Shown here in pieces: positions 47,590 to 58,833 of a stretch of DNA of 64,000 nt; position 1 is the first letter of the stretch; every line of letters begins with the position of its first letter. The notes under the pieces are model-generated. The model saw only the letters and a list, made by a program, of their open reading frames with translations, had not been told where the DNA came from and did not search any database. The position numbers were made by a program, and so were the translations under genes. This DNA is from Rhynchopus sp. YZ270_cl-10 (Eukaryota), in contig OZ037846.1 of NCBI GenBank assembly GCA_964035575.1, positions 558,001 through 622,000 of the forward strand. Direction: 5' to 3'.

Positions 47590-48600
47590 CGGAGGACCAG
47601 CAAAGTCACAGCCGAGGCGCGTCTGGCTGGTTTGCCCAGAGTCATAAACGAAGACTACGTAGTCACGAAGGTCGCCGACGTTCCGTTTGAGATACGCGAC
47701 AGTCTCCTCAGTTCTGGGATGACGAGCAACGATGGTGTCCTGTGGTGTTCCCTTTGCAGCACCGTCATAAATCACTAGGAGTCAATCGTGGATAAGAACC
47801 ACCAGAGCAAAGCACACGCTTCAAAGAAGCCGCGTTCGCTTGCTCCCACGACGACGAAGACGCGCGCATCCGCGGCAAGGACGCAAGCCGTCTTCTCCCC
47901 CATCGTGTCGCCCGAGGCCTTCATCCGGACCAGGACCCTTGGAGTGCTTATTGCAGGATTGACGTCCCAGCAGGCAGCTAGCTTGCCTCAACTTCGCACC
48001 AATTTTCGCAACCCCATCTGGTTCGTTGAGGAAACGCAGCAGCTCATCCGTGAGGGGAAAAATTCAGGAAAAGCTGTGGCATTATATTCACCCGGCAGCG
48101 CGTTGCTAGCCGTGTGTGCATTCATTGGAGAGTCGATACTTCTCTTGGTAAAGGCGCCACAAAAGACGGCGGATGCGACCGCGGTGACGATGTGCATGCA
48201 ATGTTGGAAGAGGCCCGTGAGTACTGCGGCATACACCGCAACACTGTGTTGGCTGACTTTGGGAGTATCAACTGCAAAGCAGTGTCGGCAGTGAAGAGGG
48301 GGCGTGGTGTCAGAACACAGCACAGTCTAAACGTAGCGGGACTGTATAATATCCGCCTCACACACTTCACAAAGGGTATGCTGTACATTGGCTGGAGGTG
48401 ACATTGTACACCTGTTGCTTGGTGTTGAATAACGTCGCCTGTGTGCTGCAGAAACACAGAAATCCAGAGACTGATGCAGAGACGTGTCACAACGACGTCG
48501 TGCACTCTCGTTGGGTAAGAACACCACATTCTCATCTCGTTCATCACTCGATAAATGACGGTGGGCTTTACACTTCGTGGAATCATGAATTCGACACAGA
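47590..48600 (+). pseudogene. Degenerate hAT (CGGBP1-like zinc finger) transposase remnant in array spacer; repeated at about 53010-54060
   Basis: DGVLWCSLCSTVINH*ESIVDKNHQSKAH resembles the CGGBP1-type C2H2 finger. Stops and frameshifts present. Confidence 0.5.
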
Positions 48601-48703
48601 TTGGAACTAAACTGGACCAAACATTTCCCAAACACAGTTATCAAGAAAGGTCTGTTGAACGTGAAGCAAGTGCCAGATGTAAATCTGAGCAAACACAACA
48701 GTG

Positions 48704-50449
48704 CTACTTCACGGAACACATCTGAGGGCAACACACAACACTGCACGTCCCAGAAGGAACTGCGTGTGCTGGTGTGCCAACCCCTCCCGCAGCTGTCCAT
48801 GCCATAGCAACGTCAAGGTCAGACTGCTCACCACGCAGGTACCCACGCACGGCAATGTTGTACTCCTCCCAATGCTTCTTCCCACCTATCATGTACATCC
48901 ACTCGTCAACTGAAACTGCTGTGTCCTCTTGTTTCGCAATCACTTCCGCCACAACCTGTGCCTCACAACCAGAGGCAACCTCCACCTTGCACGGAAGCAG
49001 ACGCAGCTGGTGTTCGCACTCAGCATCGCTGAAGCACATCCTGTTGCACACCACATCACACCCCAGCATACGCCCCACACGTTCCAGCCCGTTCACATCA
49101 CGCACAAGCTCCCCCACCATGCTGAACCGACGCATCACCTCACAACCCATGTCACCACGCAGCACCTTCCCAGTCGCAACACCAGCATTCACCTTCTCAC
49201 AAAAGCTGCTCGCACCCTTCAGAAGCAGGCTTGCTGCGTGCAGTGCAGATGTGGCATGTGTCGCACACTGCTTCGAGGCGTTGAACGAACAGTGGATCCT
49301 GTCCCCGATGAACACGTCCACCATCCCACGTCTTGTCTCTGTTGCCTGCAGGGTCTTCAGGAGGAGAGTGGTGAAGAAGGAGGAGTAGGTCGCACTGTCC
49401 TTCTCCAGCAAATGCAAGGTGTCCTTCACGTTCAGTGTCAGCAGGGTTGCCTTCACTGAGGACAGACCCAGTGGCAGGCATACTGGCAAGTTCTCATTTC
49501 TCGAATGAGAAGACTCTGTGGATGTGTCTGCTGTCTCTGTCAGGTCGCCGTCGTGTTCACCCCCGTTGCTCTCTGAGTCCACCTTGTCCACCTCATCCTG
49601 AAAAGGCAGACACGTCTTCGGGAGGTACGCTTTGTACATGCGCAGGTTCTTCTCCAGTCTCCACAGGGCAGCAGTCATCCCCTCAGGCAGGTCACCCCCA
49701 TGCACGTCCAGCATCTCCGCCACCTGCTCCACGTCGTACCCCGCAAGAAGCGACGCAATCTCCTGCACAACGCTGATCGTGCGCCTCATTGACTCCTGCT
49801 CCTTCAGCACGTTGTGCGCAAACCTGCGTGTTACCAAGAAGTCCACCACGAAGACACCAAGAGTGGAAAACAGGCCGAACGGGGGAAATGACGTCTTGCA
49901 GGGAAGGAACTCGCAGTCTGCCTTTTCCATAACCTCCGCTCTCCTGCTGTGCTCACCTTCGTACGGCAACAACCCAGGAAGGTCAAACAAACCAAACCTG
50001 AAGGATTCCTCACATCCCATCAGGAGAAGCCACACCACTGTCGCACCCACGAACCATGCACTGTACCGTGATGGGACTTGCATCACAAGCAACATGTCCA
50101 AAACCAGTATCAGAATTGGCCAGCCCAGTATACCATGAGTGCGTGCGACCAAATCCCACAAGCAGATTCCAAGGCCAAAGACGTACAGGATGCCCACCAC
50201 AAACGTGGTGTGCAGTTGCTGCTTGCAGAGCACCTTCACAATGACAACAAACGCAGCTGCGCTGAATATGAAACAACCGACAAGGTAAACAATCCGGTCT
50301 TGCACTTCGGTCTTCCCCTGATGTGAAAAATAATCAACCAGATTAACTAAAACTCCAACCACACAGAACGCAAACATGAGGGTGCGCTTCTTCGCCTCGA
50401 CAGCACTGAGCGACCCGTCAATGCTCAGTGCGCTGTTCAGGCACCGCAT
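48704..50449 (-). CDS. Multi-TM degenerate cyclase protein, copy 2
   Basis: Paralog of copy 1, ATG at 50449. Confidence 0.85.
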   Translation of the reverse strand: MRCLNSALSIDGSLSAVEAKKRTLMFAFCVVGVLVNLVDYFSHQGKTEVQDRIVYLVGCFIFSAAAFVVIVKVLCKQQLHTTFVVGILYVFGLGICLWDLVARTHGILGWPILILVLDMLLVMQVPSRYSAWFVGATVVWLLLMGCEESFRFGLFDLPGLLPYEGEHSRRAEVMEKADCEFLPCKTSFPPFGLFSTLGVFVVDFLVTRRFAHNVLKEQESMRRTISVVQEIASLLAGYDVEQVAEMLDVHGGDLPEGMTAALWRLEKNLRMYKAYLPKTCLPFQDEVDKVDSESNGGEHDGDLTETADTSTESSHSRNENLPVCLPLGLSSVKATLLTLNVKDTLHLLEKDSATYSSFFTTLLLKTLQATETRRGMVDVFIGDRIHCSFNASKQCATHATSALHAASLLLKGASSFCEKVNAGVATGKVLRGDMGCEVMRRFSMVGELVRDVNGLERVGRMLGCDVVCNRMCFSDAECEHQLRLLPCKVEVASGCEAQVVAEVIAKQEDTAVSVDEWMYMIGGKKHWEEYNIAVRGYLRGEQSDLDVAMAWTAAGGVGTPAHAVPSGTCSVVCCPQMCSVK

Positions 50450-51041
50450 CGTTGGGCTTTTGATCCTCACAAACCTTTGCTATGTGTGGAGCAGGGGTGT
50501 GTGGATGTGTGTTGTGTGCACTGGTGGGTGGTGTGGTTAATGTCAGGTTGATAACGATTGGGTAATTCTCTTCGACGCTTTTGAAAATATTCGTCCACGC
50601 TGAACACACGGTTCCTCTTTCTACTTCTTGTTAAGGATGTGGCGCCTTGCTTCTTCATGGGTGCCTCCGCAAGACTTAGAACCTGATACCTACAGTGTAG
50701 TAATGTGCGTGGATGTTGCAGAAGAGAACACAGACAGTGAATCTCTAGATGGCTAAGAAGACAAAATCAGTGTTGCGGGCAGAACGGATAAGAAAGTCTG
50801 TGAATAGAGAGCAACATCCACATCAGTAAATTGGTCCGTAAATAGTTTCGTTCTTAAAGAATCTTTGTATGAATAGTTGCCACATTGGGTAATTTGTTCC
50901 TGAGTACAGTCCAAAGATTATACCAACACGGTGCTTGGGTGTTCAGCATTGCCGTAAATATGGACTCTAAAACTGGAGGGCTCAGCACTTGGCAGCGAAA
51001 AATTATTTTACATCAAGTGCCAGATGTAAATCTGAGCAGTG

Positions 51042-52778
51042 CTACTTCACAGAACATATCTGAGGGCAACACACAACACTGCACGTCCCAGAAGGAACTG
51101 CGTGTGCTGGTGTGCCAACCCCTCCCGCAGCTGTCCATGCCATAGCAACGTCAAGGTCAGACTGCTCACCACGCAGGTACCCACGCACGGCAATGTTGTA
51201 CTCCTCCCAATGCTTCTTCCCACCTATCATGTACATCCACTCGTCAACTGCTTCTTCTGCATCACTCAACTGAGACATCACTTCCGCCACAACCTGTGCC
51301 TCACAGCCAGAGGCAACCTCCACCTTGCACGGAAGCAGACGCAGCTGGTGTTCGCACTCAGCATCGCTGAAGCACATCCTGTTGCACACCACATCACACC
51401 CCAGCATACGCCCCACACGTTCCAGCCCGTTCACATCACGCACAAGCTCCCCCACCATGCTGAACCGACGCATCACCTCACAACCCATGTCACCACGCAG
51501 CACCTTCCCAGTCGCAACACCAGCATTCACCTTCTCACAAAAGCTGCTCGCACCCTTCAGAAGCAGGCTTGCTGCGTGCAGTGCAGATGTGGCATGTGTC
51601 GCACACTGCTTCGAGGCGTTGAACGAACAGTGGATCCTGTCCCCGATGAACACGTCCACCATCCCACATCTTGTCTCTGTTGCCTGCAGGGTCTTCAGGA
51701 GGAGAGTGGTGAAGAAGGAGGAGTAGGTCGCACTGTCCTTCTCCAGCAAATGCAGGGTGTTCTTCACGTTCAGTGTCAGCAAGGTTGCCTTCACTGAGGA
51801 CAGACCCAGTGGCAGGCACACTGGCATGTTCTCATTTCTCGAATGCGCAGACTCTGTGGATGTGTCTGTTGTCTCTGTCAGGTCACCCCCGTCGCTCTCT
51901 CCGTGTGTCTTCTCCACCTCATCCTGAAACGGCAGACACGTCTTCGGGAGGTACGCTTTGTACATGCGCAGGTTCTTCTCCAGTCTCCACAGGGCAGCAG
52001 TCATCCCCTCAGGCAGGTCACCCCCATGCACGTCCAGCATCTCCGCCACCTGCTCCACGTCGTACCCCGCAAGAAGCGACGCAATCTCCTGCACAACGCT
52101 GATCGTGCGCCTCATTGACTCCTGCTCCTTCAGCACGTTGTGCGCAAACCTGCGTGTCAGCAAGAAGTCTACCACGAAGACACCAAGAGTGGAAAACAGG
52201 CCAAGTGGGGGAAATGGTGTCTTGCAGGGCAAGAACTCGCAGTCTGCCTTTTCCAGAATCACCGCTCTCCTGCCGCGCTCACCTTCGTACGGCAACAACC
52301 CAGGAATGTCAAATAGGCCAAACCTGAAGGATTCCTCACATGCCATCAGGAGAAGCCACACCACTGTCGCACCCACAAACCATGCACTGTACTGTGATGG
52401 GACTTGCATCACAAGCAACAGGTCCACAACCAGGATCAGAATTGGCCAGGCAAAGTAATCATAAGTGCGTGCGTGCCAGTCCCACAAGCAGACACCTACA
52501 CTGAAAGAGTACATATACCCCACCACAAACATGGTATGCAGTTGCTGCTTGCAGAGCACCTTCACAATGCCAACAAACCCAAATATGACAACTAAGCAAG
52601 ACCCAATTTCATTAACAATCTGGTGTTGCGCGTCGGTCTTCTGTCCCTGGGTCAGCAAAGTAAAAATAACAGTCGCCACAGTTGAGGCCAGACAGAACGC
52701 AAACAGAATGGTGCGCTTCGTCGCCTCGACAGCACTGAGAGACCCGTCAATGGTCAGTGCGCTGTTCAGGCACCGCAT
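51042..52778 (-). CDS. Multi-TM degenerate cyclase protein, copy 3
   Basis: Paralog, ATG at 52778. Confidence 0.85.
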   Translation of the reverse strand: MRCLNSALTIDGSLSAVEATKRTILFAFCLASTVATVIFTLLTQGQKTDAQHQIVNEIGSCLVVIFGFVGIVKVLCKQQLHTMFVVGYMYSFSVGVCLWDWHARTYDYFAWPILILVVDLLLVMQVPSQYSAWFVGATVVWLLLMACEESFRFGLFDIPGLLPYEGERGRRAVILEKADCEFLPCKTPFPPLGLFSTLGVFVVDFLLTRRFAHNVLKEQESMRRTISVVQEIASLLAGYDVEQVAEMLDVHGGDLPEGMTAALWRLEKNLRMYKAYLPKTCLPFQDEVEKTHGESDGGDLTETTDTSTESAHSRNENMPVCLPLGLSSVKATLLTLNVKNTLHLLEKDSATYSSFFTTLLLKTLQATETRCGMVDVFIGDRIHCSFNASKQCATHATSALHAASLLLKGASSFCEKVNAGVATGKVLRGDMGCEVMRRFSMVGELVRDVNGLERVGRMLGCDVVCNRMCFSDAECEHQLRLLPCKVEVASGCEAQVVAEVMSQLSDAEEAVDEWMYMIGGKKHWEEYNIAVRGYLRGEQSDLDVAMAWTAAGGVGTPAHAVPSGTCSVVCCPQICSVK

Positions 52779-54164
52779 CGTTGGGCTTTTGATCCTCACA
52801 AACCTTTGCTGTGTGTGGAGCAGGGGTGTGTGGATGTGTGTTGTGTGCACTGGTGGGTGGTGTGGGTTCAGTGTTGGGAGATGGACGTGACCACCACAAT
52901 CGGGGTACTTTGCCCAGAAATTAATGTCACACGGGACACTGTACCCATTTTAGTGGACACGACTGTTTTGGTGATGGTGTGGGGAGTACAGGCAGTAGAA
53001 TGTGTAGCGGAGAACCAGCAAAGTCACAGCCGAGGCGCGTCTCGCTGCTTTGCCCATCGACATAAACGAAGACTACGTGGTCACGAAGGTCGCCGACGTT
53101 CCGTTTGAGATACGCGACAGTCTCCTCAGTTCTGTGATGACAAGCAACGATGGTGTCCTGTGGTGTTCCCTTTGCAGCACCGTCATAAATCACTAGGAGT
53201 CAATCGTGGATAAGAACCACCAGAGCAAAGCACACGCTTCAAAGAAGCCGCTTTCGCTTGCTCCCACGACGACGAAGACGCGCGCATCCGCGGCAAGGAC
53301 GCAAGCCGTCCTCTCCCCCATCGTGTCGCCCGAGGCCTTCATCCGGGCCAGGACCCTTGGGGTTCTTATTGCAGGATTGACGTCCCAGTAGGACGCTATT
53401 ATGGGACTTGTCATCACCTTCGTCACCTTGCCTCAACCTCGCACCCTTCTTCGCCACTAGATCTGCTTCGTTGAGGAAACGCAGCAGCTCATCCGGAAAT
53501 AAAATACCGCAAAAGGTGTGGCAATAGGGTGGATGAGACATGCGTGAGGCACCTGGGCATCGCGTTGCTAGCCGTGTGTGCATTCATTGGAGAGTCGATA
53601 CTTCTCTTGGTAAAGGCGCCACAAAAGACGGCGGATGCGACCGCGGTGACGATGTGCATGCAATGTTGGAAGAGGCCCGTGAGTACTGCGGCATACACCG
53701 CAACACTGTGTTGGCTGACTTTGGGAGTATCAACTGCAAAGCAGTGTCGGCAGTGAAGAGGGGGCGTGGTGTCAGAACACAGCACAGTCTAAACGTAGCG
53801 GGACTGTATAATATCCGCCTCACACACTTCACAAAGGGTATGCTGTACATTGGCTGGAGGTGACATTGTACACCTGTTGCTTGGTGTTGAATAACGTCGC
53901 CTTTGTGCTGCAGAAACACAGAAATCCAGAGACTGATCAGAGATGTGTCACAACGACGTCGTGCACTCTCGTTGGGTAAGAACACCACATTCTCATCTCG
54001 TTCATCACTCGATAAATGACGGTGGGCTTTACACTTCGTGGAATCATGAATTCGACACAGATTGGAACTAAACTGGACCAAACATTTCCCAAACACAGTT
54101 ATCAAGAAAGGTCTGTTGAACGTGAAGCAAGTGCCAGATGTAAATCTGAGCAAACACAACAGTG

Positions 54165-55910
54165 CTACTTCACGGAACACATCTGAGGGCAACACACAAC
54201 ACTGCACGTCCCAGAAGGAACTGCGTGTGCTGGTGTGCCAACCCCTCCCGCAGCTGTCCATGCCATAGCAACGTCAAGGTCAGACTGCTCACCACGCAGG
54301 TACCCACGCACGGCAATGTTGTACTCCTCCCAATGCTTCTTCCCACCTATCATGTACATCCACTCGTCAACTGAAACTGCTGTGTCCTCTTGTTTCGCAA
54401 TCACTTCCGCCACAACCTGTGCCTCACAACCAGAGGCAACCTCCACCTTGCACGGAAGCAGACGCAGCTGGTGTTCGCACTCAGCATCGCTGAAGCACAT
54501 CCTGTTGCACACCACATCACACCCCAGCATACGCCCCACACGTTCCAGCCCGTTCACATCACGCACAAGCTCCCCCACCATGCTGAACCGACGCATCACC
54601 TCACAACCCATGTCACCACGCAGCACCTTCCCAGTCGCAACACCAGCATTCACCTTCTCACAAAAGCTGCTCGCACCCTTCAGAAGCAGGCTTGCTGCGT
54701 GCAGTGCAGATGTGGCATGTGTCGCACACTGCTTCGAGGCGTTGAACGAACAGTGGATCCTGTCCCCGATGAACACGTCCACCATCCCACGTCTTGTCTC
54801 TGTTGCCTGCAGGGTCTTCAGGAGGAGAGTGGTGAAGAAGGAGGAGTAGGTCGCACTGTCCTTCTCCAGCAAATGCAAGGTGTCCTTCACGTTCAGTGTC
54901 AGCAGGGTTGCCTTCACTGAGGACAGACCCAGTGGCAGGCATACTGGCAAGTTCTCATTTCTCGAATGAGAAGACTCTGTGGATGTGTCTGCTGTCTCTG
55001 TCAGGTCGCCGTCGTGTTCACCCCCGTTGCTCTCTGAGTCCACCTTGTCCACCTCATCCTGAAAAGGCAGACACGTCTTCGGGAGGTACGCTTTGTACAT
55101 GCGCAGGTTCTTCTCCAGTCTCCACAGGGCAGCAGTCATCCCCTCAGGCAGGTCACCCCCATGCACGTCCAGCATCTCCGCCACCTGCTCCACGTCGTAC
55201 CCCGCAAGAAGCGACGCAATCTCCTGCACAACGCTGATCGTGCGCCTCATTGACTCCTGCTCCTTCAGCACGTTGTGCGCAAACCTGCGTGTTACCAAGA
55301 AGTCCACCACGAAGACACCAAGAGTGGAAAACAGGCCGAACGGGGGAAATGACGTCTTGCAGGGAAGGAACTCGCAGTCTGCCTTTTCCATAACCTCCGC
55401 TCTCCTGCTGTGCTCACCTTCGTACGGCAACAACCCAGGAAGGTCAAACAAACCAAACCTGAAGGATTCCTCACATCCCATCAGGAGAAGCCACACCACT
55501 GTCGCACCCACGAACCATGCACTGTACCGTGATGGCACTTGCATCACAAGCAACATGTCCACGCCCAGGATTAGAAGTGGCCAGCCCAGTATACCATGAG
55601 TGCGTGCGACCAAATCCCACAAGCAGATTCCAATGCCAAAGATGTACATGATGCCCACCACAAACGGGGTGTGCAGTTGCTGTTTGCAGAGCACCTTCAC
55701 AATGCCAACGCACCCAGTTGTGACGACGATACAGGACGCGATTATGTTAACGATCTGGTGCTGCACGTCGGTCTTCCCCTGATGGGGAAAAGAAACAACA
55801 ACATTGACCGATACTCCAACCACACAGAACGCAAACATAATGGTGCGCTTCGTCACCTCGTCAGCACTGAGAGACCCGTCAATGGTCAGTGCGCTGTTCA
55901 GGCACCGCAT
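54165..55910 (-). CDS. Multi-TM degenerate cyclase protein, copy 4
   Basis: Paralog, ATG at 55910. Confidence 0.85.
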   Translation of the reverse strand: MRCLNSALTIDGSLSADEVTKRTIMFAFCVVGVSVNVVVSFPHQGKTDVQHQIVNIIASCIVVTTGCVGIVKVLCKQQLHTPFVVGIMYIFGIGICLWDLVARTHGILGWPLLILGVDMLLVMQVPSRYSAWFVGATVVWLLLMGCEESFRFGLFDLPGLLPYEGEHSRRAEVMEKADCEFLPCKTSFPPFGLFSTLGVFVVDFLVTRRFAHNVLKEQESMRRTISVVQEIASLLAGYDVEQVAEMLDVHGGDLPEGMTAALWRLEKNLRMYKAYLPKTCLPFQDEVDKVDSESNGGEHDGDLTETADTSTESSHSRNENLPVCLPLGLSSVKATLLTLNVKDTLHLLEKDSATYSSFFTTLLLKTLQATETRRGMVDVFIGDRIHCSFNASKQCATHATSALHAASLLLKGASSFCEKVNAGVATGKVLRGDMGCEVMRRFSMVGELVRDVNGLERVGRMLGCDVVCNRMCFSDAECEHQLRLLPCKVEVASGCEAQVVAEVIAKQEDTAVSVDEWMYMIGGKKHWEEYNIAVRGYLRGEQSDLDVAMAWTAAGGVGTPAHAVPSGTCSVVCCPQMCSVK

Positions 55911-56566
55911 CGTTGGGCTTTTGATCCTCACAAACCTTTGCTGTGTGTGGAGCAGGGGTGTGTGGATGTGTGTTGTGTGCACCTGGTGGGTGGTGTGGTT
56001 AATGTCAGGTTAGTAACGATTGGGCAACACTCCTCGAGGCTTTTGAAAACATTCGTCCACGCTCAACACACGGTACCTCTTTCTACTTCTGTTTAAGAAT
56101 GTGGCGCCTTGCTTCTTCATGGGTGCCTCCGCAAAGACTTAGAACCTGTGAGCTACAGTGTAGTTATGTGCCTGCATGTTGCAGAAGAGAACACAGACAG
56201 TGAATCTCATTACAGGCAAGAAGACGAAATCAGTGTTGCGGGCAGAACGGATCAGAAAGTCTGTGCATAGGGAAAAACAACCACCACATCGGGTAAAGAT
56301 TTGTTCCGTAAATAGTATCGTTCTCTGTATGAATATTTGTAACATTGGGCATTTTTTAACATAGCACAGTCCAAATATTATACCAACACGGTACTTGGGT
56401 GTTCATCACTACTATAGATATGGGTGGCTTTTTTTTGCGACCCCACGTTACTATGCACTATATAAAGTGGAAGGCTTAGTACTGTGCTTTAGCTCTCAGC
56501 ACTCTTGACAACGAAAAATTAGTTTGAAGCAAGTGACAGATGTAAATCTGAGCAAACACAACAGTG

Positions 56567-58294
56567 CTACTTCACGGAACACATCTGAGAGCAACACACA
56601 ACACTGCACGTCCCAGAAGGAACTGCGTGTGCTGGTGTGCCAACCCCTCCCGCAGCTGTCCATGCCATAGCAACGTCAAGGTCAGACTGCTCACCACGCA
56701 GGTACCCACGCACGGCAATGTTGTACTCCTCCCAATGCTTCTTCCCACCTATCATGTACATCCACTCGTCAACTGCTTCTGCTGCATCAGTTAGCTGAGC
56801 CATCACTTCCGCCACAACCTGTGCCTCACAACCAGAGGCAACCTCCACCTTGCACGGAAGCAGACGCAGCTGGTGTTCGCACTCAGCATCGCTGAAGCAC
56901 ATCCTGTTGCACACCACATCACACCCCAGCATACGCCCCACACGTTCCAGCCCGTTCACATCACGCACAAGCTCCCCCACCATGCTGAACCGACGCATCA
57001 CCTCACAACCCATGTCACCACGCAGCACCTTCCCAGTCGCAACACCAGCATTCACCTTCTCACAAAAGCTGCTCGCACCCTTCAGAAGCAGGCTTGCTGC
57101 GTGCAGTGCAGATGTGGCATGTGTCGCACACTGCTTCGAGGCGTTGAACGAACAGTGGATCCTGTCCCCGATGAACACGTCCACCATCCCACGTCTTGTC
57201 TCTGTTGCCTGCAGGGTCTTCAGGAGGAGAGTGGTGAAGAAGGAGGAGTAGGTCGCACTGTCCTTCTCCAGCAAATGCAAGGTGTCCTTCACGTTCAGTG
57301 TCAGCAGGGTTGCCTTCACCGAGGACAGACCCAGGCACACTGGCAAGTTCTCATTTTTCGACTGAGAGGACTCTGTGGATGTATCTGCTGTCTCTGCCAG
57401 CTCACTCCCTTCGCTCTCTGAGTCCATCCTCTCCACCTCATCCTGAAAAGGCAGACACGTCTTCGGGAGGTACGCTTTGTACATGCGCAGGTTCTTCTCC
57501 AGTCTCCACAGGGCAGCAGTCATCCCCTCAGGCAGGTCACCCCCATGCACGTCCAGCATCTCCGCCACCTGCTCCACGTCGTACCCCGCAAGAAGCGACG
57601 CAATCTCCTGCACAACGCTGATCGTGCGCCTCATTGACTCCTGCTCCTTCAGCACGTTGTGCGCAAACCTGCGTGTCACGAAGAAGTCGATCAGGAAGAC
57701 AGCAAGAGTGGAAATGATGCCAACTGGCGGAAACGGTGTCTTGCAGGGAAGGAACTTGCAGTCTGCCCTTTCGATAACCGCCGCTCTCCTGCTGTGTTCA
57801 CCTTCGTACGATGGCAACCCAGGAAGGTCAAACAAACCAAACCTGAAGGATTCCTCACATGCCATCAGGAGAAGCCACACCACTGTCGCACCCACGAACC
57901 ATGCACTGTACCGTGATGGCACTTGCATCACAAGCAACATGTCCACAATCAGGATCAGAAGTGGCCAGCCCAGTATACCATGAGTGCGTGCGACCAAATC
58001 CCACAAGCATATTGCAATGCCAACGAAATACATGAAGCCCACCACAAACGGGGTGTGCAGTTGCTGTTTGCAGAGCACCTTCACAATGCCAACGCACCCA
58101 ACTGCGATGAATATGCAAGACGCGAGTATGTTAACGATCTGGTGCTGCACGTCGGTCTTCCCCAGATGGGAAAAAGAAACAACAACATTGACCGATACTC
58201 CAACCACACAGAACGCAAACATGATGGTGCGCTTCGTCACCTCAGCAGCACTGAGAGACCCGTCAATGGTCAGTGCGCTGTTCAGGCACCGCAT
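56567..58294 (-). CDS. Multi-TM degenerate cyclase protein, copy 5
   Basis: Paralog, ATG at 58294. Confidence 0.85.
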   Translation of the reverse strand: MRCLNSALTIDGSLSAAEVTKRTIMFAFCVVGVSVNVVVSFSHLGKTDVQHQIVNILASCIFIAVGCVGIVKVLCKQQLHTPFVVGFMYFVGIAICLWDLVARTHGILGWPLLILIVDMLLVMQVPSRYSAWFVGATVVWLLLMACEESFRFGLFDLPGLPSYEGEHSRRAAVIERADCKFLPCKTPFPPVGIISTLAVFLIDFFVTRRFAHNVLKEQESMRRTISVVQEIASLLAGYDVEQVAEMLDVHGGDLPEGMTAALWRLEKNLRMYKAYLPKTCLPFQDEVERMDSESEGSELAETADTSTESSQSKNENLPVCLGLSSVKATLLTLNVKDTLHLLEKDSATYSSFFTTLLLKTLQATETRRGMVDVFIGDRIHCSFNASKQCATHATSALHAASLLLKGASSFCEKVNAGVATGKVLRGDMGCEVMRRFSMVGELVRDVNGLERVGRMLGCDVVCNRMCFSDAECEHQLRLLPCKVEVASGCEAQVVAEVMAQLTDAAEAVDEWMYMIGGKKHWEEYNIAVRGYLRGEQSDLDVAMAWTAAGGVGTPAHAVPSGTCSVVCCSQMCSVK

Positions 58295-58833
58295 CGTTGG
58301 GCTTTTGATCCTCACAAACCTTTGCAGGGATGTGTGGAGCAGGGGTGTGTGGATGTGTGTTGTGTGCACTGGTGGGTGGTGTGGTTAATGTCAGGATAAT
58401 AACGATTGGGCAATTCTCCTCGAGGCTTTTGAAAACATTCGTCCACGGTCAACACACGGTTCCTCTTTCTACTTCTTGTTAAGGATGTCACATGCGTGGA
58501 TGTTGCAGAAGAGAACACAGACAGTGCATCCTCCGGCTAAGAAGACGAAATCAGTGCTGCGGGCAGAACGGATAAGAAAGTCTGTGCATAGGGAAAAACA
58601 ACCACCACATCGGGTAAAGATTTGTTCCGTAAATAGTATCGTTCTCGGTAAGAATATTTGCAACATTGGGTAATTTGTAACTTAGCACAGTCCAAAGATA
58701 AAACCAACACGGTGCTTGGGTGGTCAGCATTGTCGTAAATATGGACTCTAAAAGTGGAGGCCTAAGCACTCTTGACAACGCAAAATTAGTTTAAAGCAAG
58801 TGCCAGATGTAAATCTGAGCAAACACAACAGTG

